NCBI GenBank assembly: GCA_030390025.1
Contig: CM059440.1
Location: 13,950,001-14,014,000, forward strand
Direction: 5' to 3'
DNA length: 64,000 nt
Source: Squalus acanthias
Lineage: Eukaryota
A program made the translations under genes and the position numbers. The notes under the pieces are model-generated. The model did no database searches. It worked only from the letters and a program-made list of their open reading frames with translations, and had not been told where the DNA came from. Positions 37,822-51,657 of this stretch are shown in pieces (the first letter of the stretch is position 1; each line of letters begins with the position of its first letter).

Positions 37822-38954
37822 GAGGGTCACCAACCCTCCAGGATTGTCCTAGCGACTCCAGAAATTAAAGGTTAATCTTCTGGACACTGCTGCGAGCAAC
37901 CCGGGAGAAAAATCATGGGGACATGAAAAAAATTATGAATTTTTTTCACTTTCATGGAGTCATAGAATGATACAGCAAAGAAGGAGGCCATTCGGCCCTC
38001 TGTGCCTGTGCCGGCTCCTTGGTAGAGCTATCCAATTAATCCCACTCCCCTCTCTTTCCCCATAGCCCTGTCATTTTTTCCCCTTCAAGTATTTATCCAA
38101 TTCTCTTTTGAATATTACTACTGAATCTGCTTCCTTTCAGGAAGTGCATTCTAGATCACAACAACTCGCTGTGTAAAAAAATATTTCCTCATGTCTCCTC
38201 TGGTTCTTTTGCCAACAACCTTAAAGCTGTGTCCTATGGTTACCGACCCTTCTGCCACTGGAAACAGTTTCTCCTTATTTACTCTATTAAAACCATTCAT
38301 GATTTTGAACGCTTCTATCAAATCTCCTTTTAAACTTCTGTGCTCTAAGGAGAACAACTTCAGCTTCTCCAGTGTTTCCACATAACTGAAGTTCCTCATC
38401 CCTGGTACCATTCTAGTAAATCTCTTCTACACCTCTCCAAGGCCTTGACATCCTTCCTGAAGTGTGGTGCCAAGAATTGAACACAATACTCCAGCTGAGA
38501 TCTAACCAGTGCTTTATAAAGGTTTAGCATAACTTCCTTGCTTTTGTACTTTATTCCTCTATTAATAAAGCCAAGGATCCCATATACTTTTTAAACAGCC
38601 TTCTCAACTTGTCCTGCCACCTTCAAAGATTTGTGTACGTACACCCCAGGTCTCTCTGTTCCTGCACCCCCTTTAAAATTGTACTAGTTAGTTCATAGTG
38701 CCTCTCCCAATTCTTCCGACCAAAATGTATCACTTCACCCTTCTCTGCGTTAAGTTTAATCTGCTATGTGTCTGCCCATTTCACCTGTCTGTCTATGTCC
38801 TCCTGAACTCTCTTTGAACACTTTTGGTTATCAATTATAAAATTATTGGAGATGGAGGGGAGGGAAGGGCTGTTTCACCGAGTGGGGTGGTTAGAGCCAG
38901 GAGATCATGTGATGAAACCTCCAGGAGTTAGTCCAATCAGAGTTGGCAACCTTA
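37822..38954. mobile_element. hAT-like MITE split by a CR1 insertion
   Basis: Ends agggtcaccaac / gttggcaacctta resemble TAGGGTTGCCAAC-type TIRs. No clear TSD. Confidence 0.55.
37955..38808 (-). mobile_element. CR1 LINE 3' ~850 bp
   Basis: ORF 38151-38411(-) LFSLEHRSLKGDLIEAFKIM..RKYFFTQRVV, with a catagaat tail. Confidence 0.92.
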
Positions 38955-40034
38955 GGGTGCTGGTCACAAGGCAATACCTCAGCCTAGGCCTTGGAGAACT
39001 TCAGAGTTAAGTCCACTCCTGTTCTCCTTCAATACTCATGCACTCAGCAGGAGTGACCAGAGAACAATCATGAGGACGAGCGCATGGCTGAATCTTCCGG
39101 TTGAGAGCAGGACTGGGTGAGTCCAGTTGAGAGCAGGACTGGGCTGAGGTGTTCCACCTTCTGTGGTCGAATAGCCTGCTGACACTCAATGCCCAGGCAC
39201 AAAGAACGGCTAGTTTGGCACGGTACTGGAGGACACCTGGTACTTGTGGACCCGTACCACAGCAAGGAGTCCACGCAATCAGGGAAAAAGGAGGGAAGAG
39301 GAGATAAAGGAGGGAAAAGACACCAGGGAGATGCGATCCGCCATTTACGAGATTCATTTTACCAGCTGGATGTTTAAACTAACGCTTGGAATAAATTACT
39401 AGAAGATTTAAGACTCCTAATTCCACAGTAACGAACTGATGTCGTGCATATATTAGGGACTTTACCATAGCAATGAATGCTAGGTTGTCAGGAGCAATGG
39501 TTTAGGCCTTTGCACATCACTCATTTGAGAAACAGCTGGTTGTGTAATGGGTAGATGGTAGGGCTAGTATTCTGAAGGAACAGAACAAAAGTTGATTAAT
39601 AAAACCACTAAAACATTATTTTGATTCCACTCTGAGATAGTATTCAAAAGAAAATCTGTGAGCGACCTAATTTACTGACAGATTTTGAAATGGGCCACAT
39701 CTTTACAGCAGTCAAGAGTTATTCTTGGGCCAATTTTCTCCATTCCTGTCCTTAAGGGGTTGGCTGTGCCGGGCTACTGTCGGCACCCAGTCCATGAGTG
39801 TCCATTGGCTATTCTACCCTGAAGGACATCATGGCTGGGCTTGATCTTGTTCTCACTCACTGCATCCAGGGGTCACCGGAGAGCAATCAGTGGCCCCAAG
39901 TTCCTCTCTTAAGGAAAAACAGAATGAATGGCCTGCCAACAAAATTACAAGGGTTGTGTTGCTTGGAAACTTGCAACTTCCATTTTCTAGTGTTTATCAA
40001 GATGAGGGATGTTAGTGCTGGGGAATGGATCACA

Positions 40035-40412
40035 CGGGGAATGGAATACTTTCCACCTCAGGCAGCCAGTGCCAGCAGCAGGCTCTCTCAGGTCAGGTAC
40101 AGCACAAGTTTGATGCAGACTAAAGCTCCCTCCGCTCTACCCTTGCAACACCCCTCAGTCCCAACCTCAGAGGAGTACCCCTGCTGCATTAGTGCAGTGC
40201 TTTTATCCATTTCCCACACCAACCACCCTTAGGCCTGTTTCAAATGGCAATGCCAATTAATAGTGAATGAGGGAGGTTTTGTGTTGTAGGCCCATGCTCC
40301 AAACTCATTTCACATAGAGCCCTTCCCATCAGCAGACAGAGGAGACCTTCATCCCTTCAGTGTGGGCTGGAGTTGAACCCATATCCCAGAGGTGAGTGTC
40401 TAACCCACCAAG
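40035..40412 (-). mobile_element. LF-SINE-like tRNA-derived SINE
   Basis: Minus strand has tcacctctggga..gggttcaactccagccca, ctatgtgaaatgagtt, cacaaaacc, aattggca and gtgctgtacctg, in the order I recall for the LF-SINE consensus. Confidence 0.6.
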
Positions 40413-43400
40413 TCCCCTACACACAATTCTGAGAATCCGATTGCTTAGCAGATCACTGTTTTGCTCAGAAAAGTAGGTGTGGATGCCTTAACTGATTTTA
40501 TTCCCCCAGCTCTAGTGCAAGGGCCCAATGCAAATTGCAGCACCCCCAACTAATGGAATTTTCTTCCGATTTCCTTCTGAAGGGGCATTGTCTTCACAAA
40601 TGAAGTGTCTGGCAAACCTTTTCCTGTTGGATGTTGGAGAAGGAGTCACAAGAGATGTGCATCATTTTTACTGTGATGCGATGACATTCTTTGGCACAAC
40701 CAGTGATATTGCATCCTGGTTTTGTAAACAAATTAGCATTTGTCAGATATTGGCTGTAGAATTGAGACGCTCTGTGTCAGCTGGTCGACGAGGTAGTATG
40801 ACCATCTATCCAACTTTGAACCAGTCAACCAAGTTCTTTGTTTCCCACCTGGTAATTTTGACCATGGATAGCCAAGCATGAAAAGTCCGGTCTTTTAAAA
40901 AAAAAAAATAGCAACGCTATGCACGTGCGTGAGCAGACTAGTTACCCGAATGTGTAATCGAGCCTACGTTCCATTTCATGAATGCCTGCTCAGATCGGCT
41001 TCCCATTATTCCCTGCTACTCGCCGGTCTAGAGATCCATCTGGTTTTCGATTGGGCACACGATGGCCACCCTATGACAAAGCCCTGAGGCAAGTTGACCC
41101 TTTGTTCATTCAACGCCCTCTCCTCCACAATCCCCCCGCATCCCCCCCCACCTCACCCCCCACACTGGCTCCCCTTAACCTGAGGCAGAGACCAAAAGAA
41201 AAAAAGAGCAAATTGGGAATCTAGAACATCATAAGATAATGAGAAGGCTGATTACTTTTAATGCTAGTTTCCCCTTTGACTCATCAACCTCTCTTTCATG
41301 GTCTCTAGTTCTCGGCCTCCCCAGTCCTTGTTAGTTTATTTCAATTCCCTTCGGGGAAATCCAACTCCACGAGGGGTCAGAAACTACAAGTCCAAGGGAA
41401 GATAAGTGTGCTGATTACAGGAGTATAATATTTTCTTGTTTACCAAAGAATGATCATCATCCAGTTTGACCTAAACTCCTCAAAGCTGCAGTATGGAAAC
41501 AATTATCTGCCTTACACTGCGATACAGAAGAGATTTGCTTCATTTAAATTTTGCAAGATATCGAGTGGCCAGTGGCAAAACAAACCTTGCAGAAAATGTA
41601 AGGGTTTTGTTAAAAGAACATCAGATTTTCTTCCTCCATTTTTAGTATAACTACATTTTCAGACTTTTCTGATATAACTGTTATGAAATAAAGACTTGCA
41701 TTTATTACATTCTAACTGTTGTGAAGAATGAATATTTAGTGATTTAAATTTTCCCATGTCTGACAAGTGTGAGGAGGATCACTAGCGATACAGCCAGCAG
41801 ATCTCTTTGTGTTTTGGTACAAATGGTCTTCAGGTGCCGGGAGCAACATGATGAGCCCATCAGCATGACACCACAGTGCTACTGACGCGTTTCCTATCAG
41901 AAAGTTCTGTCATCGCGCAACTAGGAAATTAAACGCTAGCACTGACACGGGGCAGACATTTTAGAAAGGCACCTTCTTAGAAAAAAACGTGCTTCGCAAA
42001 TCTTTTCTTTTTGAGGTGAAAGGATGCGATCTCTATTAGGGTAAAATCAGCCAGAAGTAAGCAAGCAAGAAAAAAAAATTGGCAGAAAACCCACCCGTTT
42101 CCCACTATCCAGTGCCTCTCAGTAGAAAATGTGTGTGTTTGATTGTCAGCTGAGGGCAAGATCGAGCTCAGCTGCCATCCGCCATGGCCAATGCTCATTG
42201 TCTATTCTCTCATATGAAGAATTTCCATTTGAGTGAGGAACGGTGGGGGGGTGGCTACCAAAGCCAACAAAACCATAGCCCAGTAAGAAGTCAGCGCTTT
42301 TAGGAGAGGAATGAAAAGAGACTATGGGGTGAAATTCATTTTGAGCGGCAGCGCAAAATGAGCGATAGTGAATCGGCAGCCAATTTTACACTCCGCCCAA
42401 TTTTGTTTTCCATTGAAGTTCCCTTTGGGTCTTAAATCTGGAGCCACAAGCCAGATGGGTTGAATAAGCATTCTCATTCTTCACTGAGAAACCTGGATGA
42501 AGAACCAAGGCCCATAGTTAGGAAACCACCAATGTTGAGATGAGTAGGGAAGAAGATTAGGTAAATTGAGAAGCAGTGGTTACGTGGGAGCAAGCTTGAA
42601 CTTTAAAAGCCTGTAGATTGTAGGAAGAAGTGAAGACTGAGGGAGGTCAGAAGTTCTGGGACCGTGCTGCTCGGAGATGAAAACTAGACAGTATAGATTT
42701 GATTTTTTTTTTCATTGAGCAATCTAGGTGAAGGGACAAGGCCCACAGTGCACATATACCACCAACGTTGAGAAGAGTCAGAGAGAAGATAAGGTAACAC
42801 AAGAGGTTGTGATTAGAATGAAGACAAGCTTGCATTTTAAATGCCTGCAGAATATAGGAAGAAGGGAAGACGAAGGAATTATCTCAACTGAGATCATTCC
42901 CTGTGAACCACTAGGGAAAGTTAAAGCTTTTAGACTCATCTTGTTAGAGCAGAGACTGTTGGGCAGGGGATACAATACAACACTATATTTAAAACGATGA
43001 AGGAAATTGATAAAATTCAGATTAAGTAATTTCATAGTAAGAGGCAGGAGTGGAATGAGAGGAAACAATTAAGATTTGGAAAAAAATATCTTAAGGAATT
43101 ATGGAAAATTGGAATAAACGGCCAACTAATGGAGTAACAATGGATTCATTTAATAAAAAGAGTTGGACCAGTATATATTGCTGGAAGAACTGGAATTTTG
43201 GAAGCCAAGAGTCTGATAGAGTAATACAAATGATGGATAGTGTGCAAAAAAAAATGAAAAGTGTAAAGGTTATTCGAAGTTGAGTTGGGAGTTGGGATTC
43301 GGGCAGTGGTCTGGGTCACATTGGAGGGAGTTGCATGGTTTAATGGCGTTTTCTTGTATCACGAAGGAGAGAAAGCCTCAAAGTCTTTAGGGTTGGAAAG

Positions 43401-43689
43401 GGGGGGTCATAATTTAGGAATATTATATTATAAAACAGACAAGAAAGGAACTGGCCCTCAGAAGCAGATTTTAGGTATTAGCCGTTAAAGTATAATGAAG
43501 CTGGGACCTCACCCACCCCGTAGGCCTCTTACACAGTGTTTTCTCTGACTCACTAAAGGTCCTGTAATTACAATGGCAGGAACTGGTTGCAATGGTAGAT
43601 ATGAAATAATGCGATACATATGACCCACTCAATGCATGAAAAATAAGGAAAAGTACAGACAGCATGACATAAGTAAATGTAATATTAAT

Positions 43690-44082
43690 GCGTCAGCTTG
43701 GCTTACTTTGCAGTACTCTCTCCTCTAACACTCCAGAAAAATACTGAGGGAGTGCTGCATTGTCAGAGGTCCCATCCTCCGAATTGGACATTAAACTAAG
43801 GTCCTGTCTGCCTGTTGCAGTGGTTCAGCTGGATGTTAAAGATCCCAGGGCACTATTTGAAGAACAGCAGGGAGTTCTCTTGGTGTCCTGACCAACATTC
43901 CTCCCTCAACCAACACTGCCAAAAATTAACTGAATATTCGTCTCATTACTTTTTGTGGGATCTTGCTGTGTGCAAAATGGTTGCCATGTTTTGCCAACAT
44001 AAGAACAGTCACTGTATGTAAAGTGCTGGGAGATGGTTCAGAGAAACCTGGGAAGGCATTGTATAAATGCAAGTCTTCCTTT
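43690..44082 (+). mobile_element. SacSINE1-like SINE (diverged)
   Basis: ctgagggagtgctgcattgtcagaggt..aaagatcccagggcactattt..tataaatgcaagtctt. Confidence 0.8.
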
Positions 44083-44356
44083 ACATAAAGTTATTCTTCC
44101 TGTTTCTACAATCTAAAGTAGGTTGTAAATCAGAGGGGCCTAGCTATGTAGCAGTAGAGTTAGCCAAAGCACTGAAAGTAGCTGTTAGACGAGTACTTTT
44201 TAATATAAGGCATTGATGTTCTGTTGCTCATGACCAGAATTTAAAAACAAATAATTGCTTATTTATGGTGGGAGGTTTTATCAAAGGGTCACAGCCAACA
44301 GAACATGCAGCAATGTGCTGGGTGCATAGCTGAGATATTAATATTTATATATTTAT

Positions 44357-44746
44357 AGGGTTCAAGCCCCACTCCAGAGACTTGAGCACATAATCTAGGC
44401 TGACAGTCCTGTGCAACTCCAAATTGTCGGGGGTGCTGTCTTTCGAATGAGACGTTAAACCGAGGCCCCGTCTACCCTCTCAGTTGGACATAAAAGATCC
44501 CACGGAAGAAAAGCAGGGGAGTTCTCCCCAGTCCTGCCCAATATTAATCCCTCAACCGACATCACTAAAGCAGATTATTTGTGTGTTTTCACATTGCTGT
44601 TTGTGGGACCTTGCTGTGCGCAAATTGGTTGCTGCATTTCCCTACATTACAACAGTGACTACACTTCAAAAGTACTTCATTGGCTTTAAAATGCTTTGGG
44701 ACATCCTGAGGTCATGAAAGGCGCTATATAAATGCAAGTCTTTCTT
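44357..44746 (+). mobile_element. SacSINE1-like SINE
   Basis: gggttcaagccccactccagagacttgagcac..gaaaggcgctatataaatgcaagtctttc. Confidence 0.88.
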
Positions 44747-47684
44747 GGATTTACTAGTGGAACTGCAGTGCTGTTGCTTGCTGTAAGTCAGAGGTTACAC
44801 TGTTTCATAAGGACAATGCACCATTTAATGAGCCGTGCATTATTCTGCTGCTAAAGCGTGTCTCTTTCAGGCCAGAAGGTTTAATTGCTGAGGAATAGGC
44901 ACATCCAGAGGTCAATTAGCAGGTAATTCCATTTAGATGCATAAGGTCAATTAGAGGGTAATTGTTTCTCTGTAGATTGGCAGCTGGTTGTAAATCCCTG
45001 GCTTTTCCCCAAGGTCAGAGAAAACAGTCTGACGTCTGGAGTGTGATGTGTGACGTTTGCGGGGAGTTAATGTCTGGGGCGGGACAAGTGGAGTGTGACA
45101 TCTGATGTGTGACGGTCTCAATTTATATGAAATTATTTAAGAGTACAACTGTACAAACTTATTTATAGCTATTCATTTATGCTCTTCAAATGCATAATTA
45201 ATATTTTTGAATGATTGCAAATGCCACCAATATTGTCAATTGTTGAAATGTTTTTCTCGCACTGGGATGAACCCTACACCAGTTGGGTGGGTATCTAGGT
45301 GTACATAGGTTTCATTCAATGAGATTTGATACTGAGGTGATATTTGGGGGTCAATTTTATTTTTCTCTGGAATTTGCTTGCTTATAATAGCTCTCTAATC
45401 TCACCAATCATAGGATTGTTTGTGCAACATGATTGGTTATTGTAGCTCCCTCTCTCACCAATCAAAAAGGATTTAAAGATTTCAGTCAATGAGAAAGCAG
45501 AAAGAAAAATCTTCAGCCATACAGACACAAGGAATTTATATATAGAGAGGAGAGATTGAATTGTTCACTTTTGATATCTTCCTGTTCCTGATTTGCCATC
45601 CAGAGCTGCATGGGTAGCTGTCAAGCCGATGAGGACAGGTTGCGCCCCCCCCCCCCCCACACAATTGAATAGCCTGTCAACACTCATTGTCTGGGCTCAC
45701 ACATAACAAAATGACTACCAGATTGAGGCCTGTTGGCCTCTGTGAGACTGGACTCTGGAAGGAGTCGGCACCTTCAGGAAAGGAGAGAAAATAAAGGGCA
45801 GACGTTCCACTCAGAGTGTAAAAGCAGCTGAATGGCACACAGAATTCCTTCTCCCAAAACAGAGCATTGTATTAATCATAAAGTAGTTCCATAACCCACG
45901 GATGTGCCAGTCTGTGTCACTCAGCCCTGTGGCGTGCAATAATTTTGCATTGGTTTACCTCATGTTCTCCGCACTACAGTGCAAAGGCTTCATTGCATGA
46001 GTAGGGCCTGTGGATTTTTACTCCTGCAGGAGTCATCCCCTTCAGAGGACGGGAGAAAATTGGGCGGGGGAGGGAAAAAAAACTGTCAATATAATGTTTT
46101 ATTTTTCCTCACCTAAAAGCCACATGCACAGACTGCTCTCCAATACCACACCTCAATGGGCACTCTTCAAGTGTGAGCCTAGACATGGAGGTCTGGATCT
46201 ACTAATCAGCAGTCCTCCCGGTGTTAAAATAAAATCAATCAGAGAATCTAGTCTCGTGCTATTCTACCACGGTGGGCATCACAGCCAGAACACCAAACCT
46301 ACTATCATCTGACATCCATGCCCACACAAACGCAGACACACACATACTTCCGTGCCCCCACACATGCACACACATAGGCACACTCCAGCACAGATCACTG
46401 GATAGTGATCAGGAGTGCTGATATTTTGTTTCCTCGCCCCACTCCAGGGGGCACTAAAGCCAACTGTTACCTCAGGCTGACACGAGCTAACTCAGCACAG
46501 AGCAGAAATCGAATTTGAGGCCTTCTGGCTGGCTTCTGGAAGTTTGTGCAGGAAACAAGATAAAACCATTAACTGCAAAGCCTAATGAAAGAGCTCCCAT
46601 TGTGTGGCAGAGTAATGCAGTATGTTACTGCAGTGGTAGTCTACACCACGGGTGTTTAACCTGCGGCCTCCCAGCCCTGTAAGTCCGGCCCTCAAAGGCT
46701 GGGCAGCTCAGCCCGATTTGCACTTACATTTCTTATTTGCAGGCTTGTTGTTTGAATTCTTTCGGTCTGGAGGTTTGGAAATGTTTCGTTTTAATGTTAT
46801 TGCCTTAAATCCTAAATCAAAACACTGAGATCTTTTACTATCAGCAATCGAAGATCTCTGGGAATTTAACTTTACTGGTGGGCCCCAAAGTTCCAGGGTA
46901 CATACCTGTGCAGCCATGATAATAAAAGCTTGCGGGACACCCTTCTGCCACGTGTAGCCAGGTGCAAGATCCATCTCCAGTCAATTCGACACACATGATC
47001 ATTCCCTAAATCTTAGTTATGGCCATTCAAGGATGTACTGAACACAGAGGAGGTTCTTTCTTTGAATGGGGGAGAGGTATGAAGAATATCAGAGAGTTTA
47101 ATTAACTAGCAGCACTCCTGCTGTCAGCCAGCTAAAGAAAGGGACTGGGATGGCCTGGGAGCAAGAGACAGAGCCTATGCCTCTTTGGTCTAGGGAATGG
47201 TCACAGTCAACCCCCCCCCCTTGATCTCCACACTTTCTCCTTCCCATTTTCCTAAGTAACCTTTTAATTCAGTTCCTTCTATTCCTCAGTTTCTCCTCCC
47301 TACTGTACAGTGCACCTTCAAAACCATCTCTGCCTCAGATCTCCAGCGCACCTTGGGTCCATGAAGGAACAGGCCCATGTGTGGTAATTTAAAAAGACAC
47401 AACTGTACATTCTAATCTTTAACATTTTCTTGAAGGGTCGGCTGAATGTTGAGGTGACCCTGGGTTCTGTGACTTGGATATGCAGCTGTGTTTCCTATTC
47501 ACTTCAGGTCTGTTGTGAGGGACTGTTTACTTGTCTGCTACCCAATTCACTTTTATGAAGAGTGCACTTTTACAAAAGAATTCCTGAATACAAGAGAAAA
47601 AATGTCAAATTCTCTGTATTTTGTGCAGAAAGGGACCGATACACAATTGTTACGACCCTCAGTATGTCACCTCTGACTTCTGGG

Positions 47685-48370
47685 CGTTTTTTTCACTCTC
47701 CTTTGCATGTTTCTCTTTTACACCTCATCTCATTTTTTTAGCTCCATCTTTTTTCTTCCTCTTTCTCCTTTTTAATTTGGCTATCTTCATCTCGCTTTCA
47801 TTCTCTATCTCCTCTCTCTCAGCATATGTTCTTTCTCCCTCCTTTTCACTTTCCTTCTCTCTTGCTTTGATTTTTACTCTCTGTTATCGTGTTCCTTTCT
47901 CATTCTCTCTCCAACTTCCTCTCTTGCACCTTTTTCTTCCTGACTATCTCTCTTCTTCACATTCTTTCTCTTTTGTGTGCATTCTCTTTCACTCCCTCCT
48001 GTTATTTCATTCTCTCACTCTCTCGCTTTCCACCTCACCTTCTTGTCTCTAGCTTTCAATATGTCCCATGTGTCCCCCTGTCGATCTGTCTCCTTGTCGG
48101 TCTCTCTTGCTGCTCCCCTCATGCTCTCTACCTCTCCCTCATCCTCTCTCTCCCTCACTCTTTTACTTTCACTCTCTTCCTTTCTCACTCCTTGCACCCT
48201 GTGAGTTAATACAAATTCACTCCTCCTTCGCCTTCTGTCCTTTCCTTTCCCACTGCTCACAGCTCTCTCCTCTCCTTTTCTCTTGCGCTCTGCAAACGCT
48301 GGACATCCCCTGTTTCAGCTTTTCTCCCTTTGGTGCCCTCAGGTCCTCTAATTTTCCTGCTCTCTCACAA
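47685..48370. repeat. Pyrimidine-rich low-complexity tract
   Basis: ~700 bp of almost exclusively C/T on the + strand. Confidence 0.85.
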
Positions 48371-49227
48371 ATTCTGTCCATGTCCTTACAGTCATTAATC
48401 AACGTCACTGCGCACAGTTTACAACAAGAGCTGTATTCTTCAGAGCCTCCTCAGCCTTCATATATCTCATTGTTCACTGCAGATTCAGATTGGTAGAAAA
48501 TGGGCTCTGCAATACATGAAAGAGATGAGACAAGAATTAAAGGGATCAGAAAGAGGCATTTTTCCCAATGCTAGAATAATACAGTGATGATGATTTAAAT
48601 TATTCATGCAGCCTGAAAACGGTCATTCAAAACTGATGTGTATGATATCCTTTGTCTATTTACATTCTCTTGTTTGCGATTAACCTTAAATGAAACTTGG
48701 GTTGGCATTTCCTAAACAAAGCGTATTACAGAGAAGAAATTTCCATGGGAAAGAAGGGTTTATCATGTTCAAAAAAGCCACGTAGGGGAAAAGACAAAGT
48801 TGAACCATTTATTTTTGCTGATGCAGCAGTTTTTAACGTAGCAGTTATTTTTTTCCCATTCAAAACGCGCCTGAGAAATTTATCTGATATTGTGTTTTAA
48901 CACTTTAGTGACTGGATTTTCTTAGCATTTGTTGGGGGCTTCCTGTCGGATGAAAGGGCTACAGAGAAATTCATGTTGTGAAGCGGGAAGATTCAAGGTG
49001 CCTGCCTGAGATGTCCTAAGATCCTGTGCACCTGTATCGAGCAGGCTTGCAGTATGTGCCAGGAGGAAAGTGTGGCGGAACTGGCGACCAGCGGCTCAAT
49101 AAAGGCTGATTTGACTGTGGCACAGTCGGGAAAGTGGCAAGCTTAAATTCTGGCCCGTCCGGCATTTCTTGCCCTTCAGTCTGGCGTGGCTGGTTCCGGG
49201 AAGATATGTCAAGGCACCATGAAATAA

Positions 49228-49662
49228 AGAAAAGAAAGACTTGCATTTATATAGCGCTTTACACAACCTCAGGAGGTCCCAAAATGCTTTACAGCCAATG
49301 AAGTACTTTTGAAGTGTAGTCACTGGTGTAAGGTAGGAAACGCAGCACAAACAAGGATGTGAATAATGACCAGATAATCTGCTTAGTGATGCTGATTGAG
49401 GGATAAATATGGGCCAGGTCACCGGGGCTAACTCCCCTGCTCTTCTTCAATATAGTGCCATGGGAACTTTTACGTTCACCTGAGAGAGCAGACGGGGCCT
49501 CGGTTTAACATCTCATCTGAAAGACGACACCTCTGACAGTGCAGCACTCCCTCAGCACTGCACTGGAGTGTCAACCTAGATTTTTGTGCTCAAGTCTCTG
49601 GAGTGGGACTTGAACCCACAACCCCAATCAGAGGCGAGAGTGCTAACAATTGAAACATAGCT
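49228..49662 (-). mobile_element. SacSINE1-like SINE, near full length
   Basis: Reverse complement of the 27973-28430 / 53150-53585 copies. Confidence 0.9.
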
Positions 49663-49663
49663 T

Positions 49664-50015
49664 CACAGAATCCCCACAGTGCAGATAGAGGCCATTTCGG
49701 CCCATCGAGCCTGCACCGACACATATCCCACCCTATCCCCGTAACCCCACGTATTTAATCCCCCCTAACATATCCCACCCTATCCCCGTAACCCCACGTA
49801 TTTAATCCCCCCTAACACTAAGGGTCAATTTATCATAGCCAAATCAACCTAACCTGCACATCTTTGGACTGTGGGAGGAAACCGGAGCACCCGGAGGAAA
49901 CCCACGCAGACACGGGGAGAATGTGCAAACTCCACACAGACAGTCACCCGTGGCCGGATTCGAACCCGGGTCCCTGGCGCTGTGAGGCAACAGTGCTAAC
50001 CACTATGCCACCATG
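49664..50015 (-). mobile_element. HE1-like V-SINE
   Basis: V-domain antisense gtgggaggaaaccggagcacccggaggaaacccacgcagacacggggagaatgtgcaaactccacacaga, tRNA head with B-box gggttcgaatcc, and a CR1-like tail. Confidence 0.9.
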
Positions 50016-51411
50016 TTGCTTCTTACCTCTTTCCTTCCACCTCCCCATGGGACGGGTGTCCAACTTGTGCTAAAATGGCACTGGCATCCACCAAAAGTAT
50101 CCAAACTCACTGACCCCAGGATTGGCGTCGGGGTTATCGTTGGGGCCAATCGATGAGCAGAAGTCCCGCTGACCACACTGCCGAAAGCAATCGGCCCACC
50201 AGGAATTTCCTCACCGCCTTGTCCCTTAAGACCCATCTTGCTTTTGACTGAAAAATCTGGTTTCAGAAGTGGTTGCCCACTCATTTTCGTCTCTGCAATG
50301 GAAGGATTTAAAGACAGGGACAAGAATTTTAACGTTGAAGTGATTGAGGACCAGGTGCCACTGTAGGTCCACCAGGACAGGAGTAATGGGTAAGCAGGAC
50401 TTGGTGCAAGATCGCACCACTGTGCAGCAAAGCTTTGAATGAGGTGCAGTTTATGGAGGGTGGAGGTTGGAGTAATCGAGTCGAGAAGGTGATATCACTT
50501 CACAGCAATGCTAAACTGGCAGTGTAAATGCAGCCTAAGAGGAGAAGTTCTCATGGCTTGTGATGTGGCACTGAGCTATGGAGACCAGGAAGGGCTGCCC
50601 ACTTTTAGGTCCCTGGTCAGTGCTGTTAGCTTATTTTAGCCAAGATTGCATTTGGGGGCACTACCATTGCCCTCAGTGTCCCTCAACTAAGAAGGGAAAA
50701 AGTCAGCCAGGGCACCTGATCATTGTCCAGTGAGTGACCCCAGCTGGAAAGTGAATACTGGATGAAGACAGAATCCGATTCATCTGTGATGCCCCCCATA
50801 CTCAAATAGCTTGCGAACACTTGCTGCCTCGGGTCACACAAGTTGAATGGGTCATTTGGGTGAGGCGCCCTAAGGGTTGCTGACACCTGTGACTCGTAGC
50901 CCAGCCTCAGTCAGCACCTCCAGGAGAGGGGGGAGAAAACTGAAGAAAGATGAGTGCCTCATCACAGGGAACATAAATACTGGAAACTTTCAGTTTACTA
51001 AGCTCAGCGACAGTCACAGATAAATAAATCTGGTAATGGCTGCAAAAACGAATGAATACTCACTTGTGTATTGATTTTGCCCTGGGGCGAAATACATTGT
51101 GTGACGGACTGATAATGATCTGTTCAGCCAAGTCAATGATGTATCATTTATTCATTCATCAGCCCCGAAAACAACTACATAAATTGTTAAAAAGGACTCA
51201 TGAGCATAATATAAGCAATCTCCATGACAATGCTACATCTCTCCAGCTCTACACTTATTATTCTGCAATCAATCTCTTCGGATGTTTTCCACAATGTCTA
51301 CTCATTTTTTTCTGTTATTGTGAATTTTTCTGCAGATCAAGGTGAGAGATTTTTAGTGCTGGAAGTGCTACACTTTCCCATTTCAGACACCCAGTATCTG
51401 CATCAAGTTAC

Positions 51412-51657
51412 AGCACCGGTTAGATACAGAGTAAAGCTCCCTCTACGCTGCCCCATCAAACACTCCCAGGGCAGGTACTGTACAGGTTAGATACAGAGTA
51501 AAGCTCCCTCTACACTGTCCCATCAAACACTCCCAGGGCAGGTACAACACGGGTTAGATACAGAGTAAAGCTCCCTCTACACTGTCCCATCAAACACTCC
51601 CAGGGCAGGTACAACACGGGATAGGTACAGAGTAAAGCTCCTTCTACACTGTCCCAT
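51412..51657. repeat. 67-bp satellite unit, ~3.6 copies
   Basis: tagatacagagtaaagctccctctacactgtcccatcaaacactcccagggcaggtacaacacgggt starts at 51421, 51488, 51555 and 51622. Confidence 0.92.

Noticed and set aside
47621-48496. Hydrophobic Phe/Leu/Ser-rich ORFs resembling membrane proteins
   Set aside because: Translation artefact of a C/T low-complexity tract; the same applies to 54401-54719.
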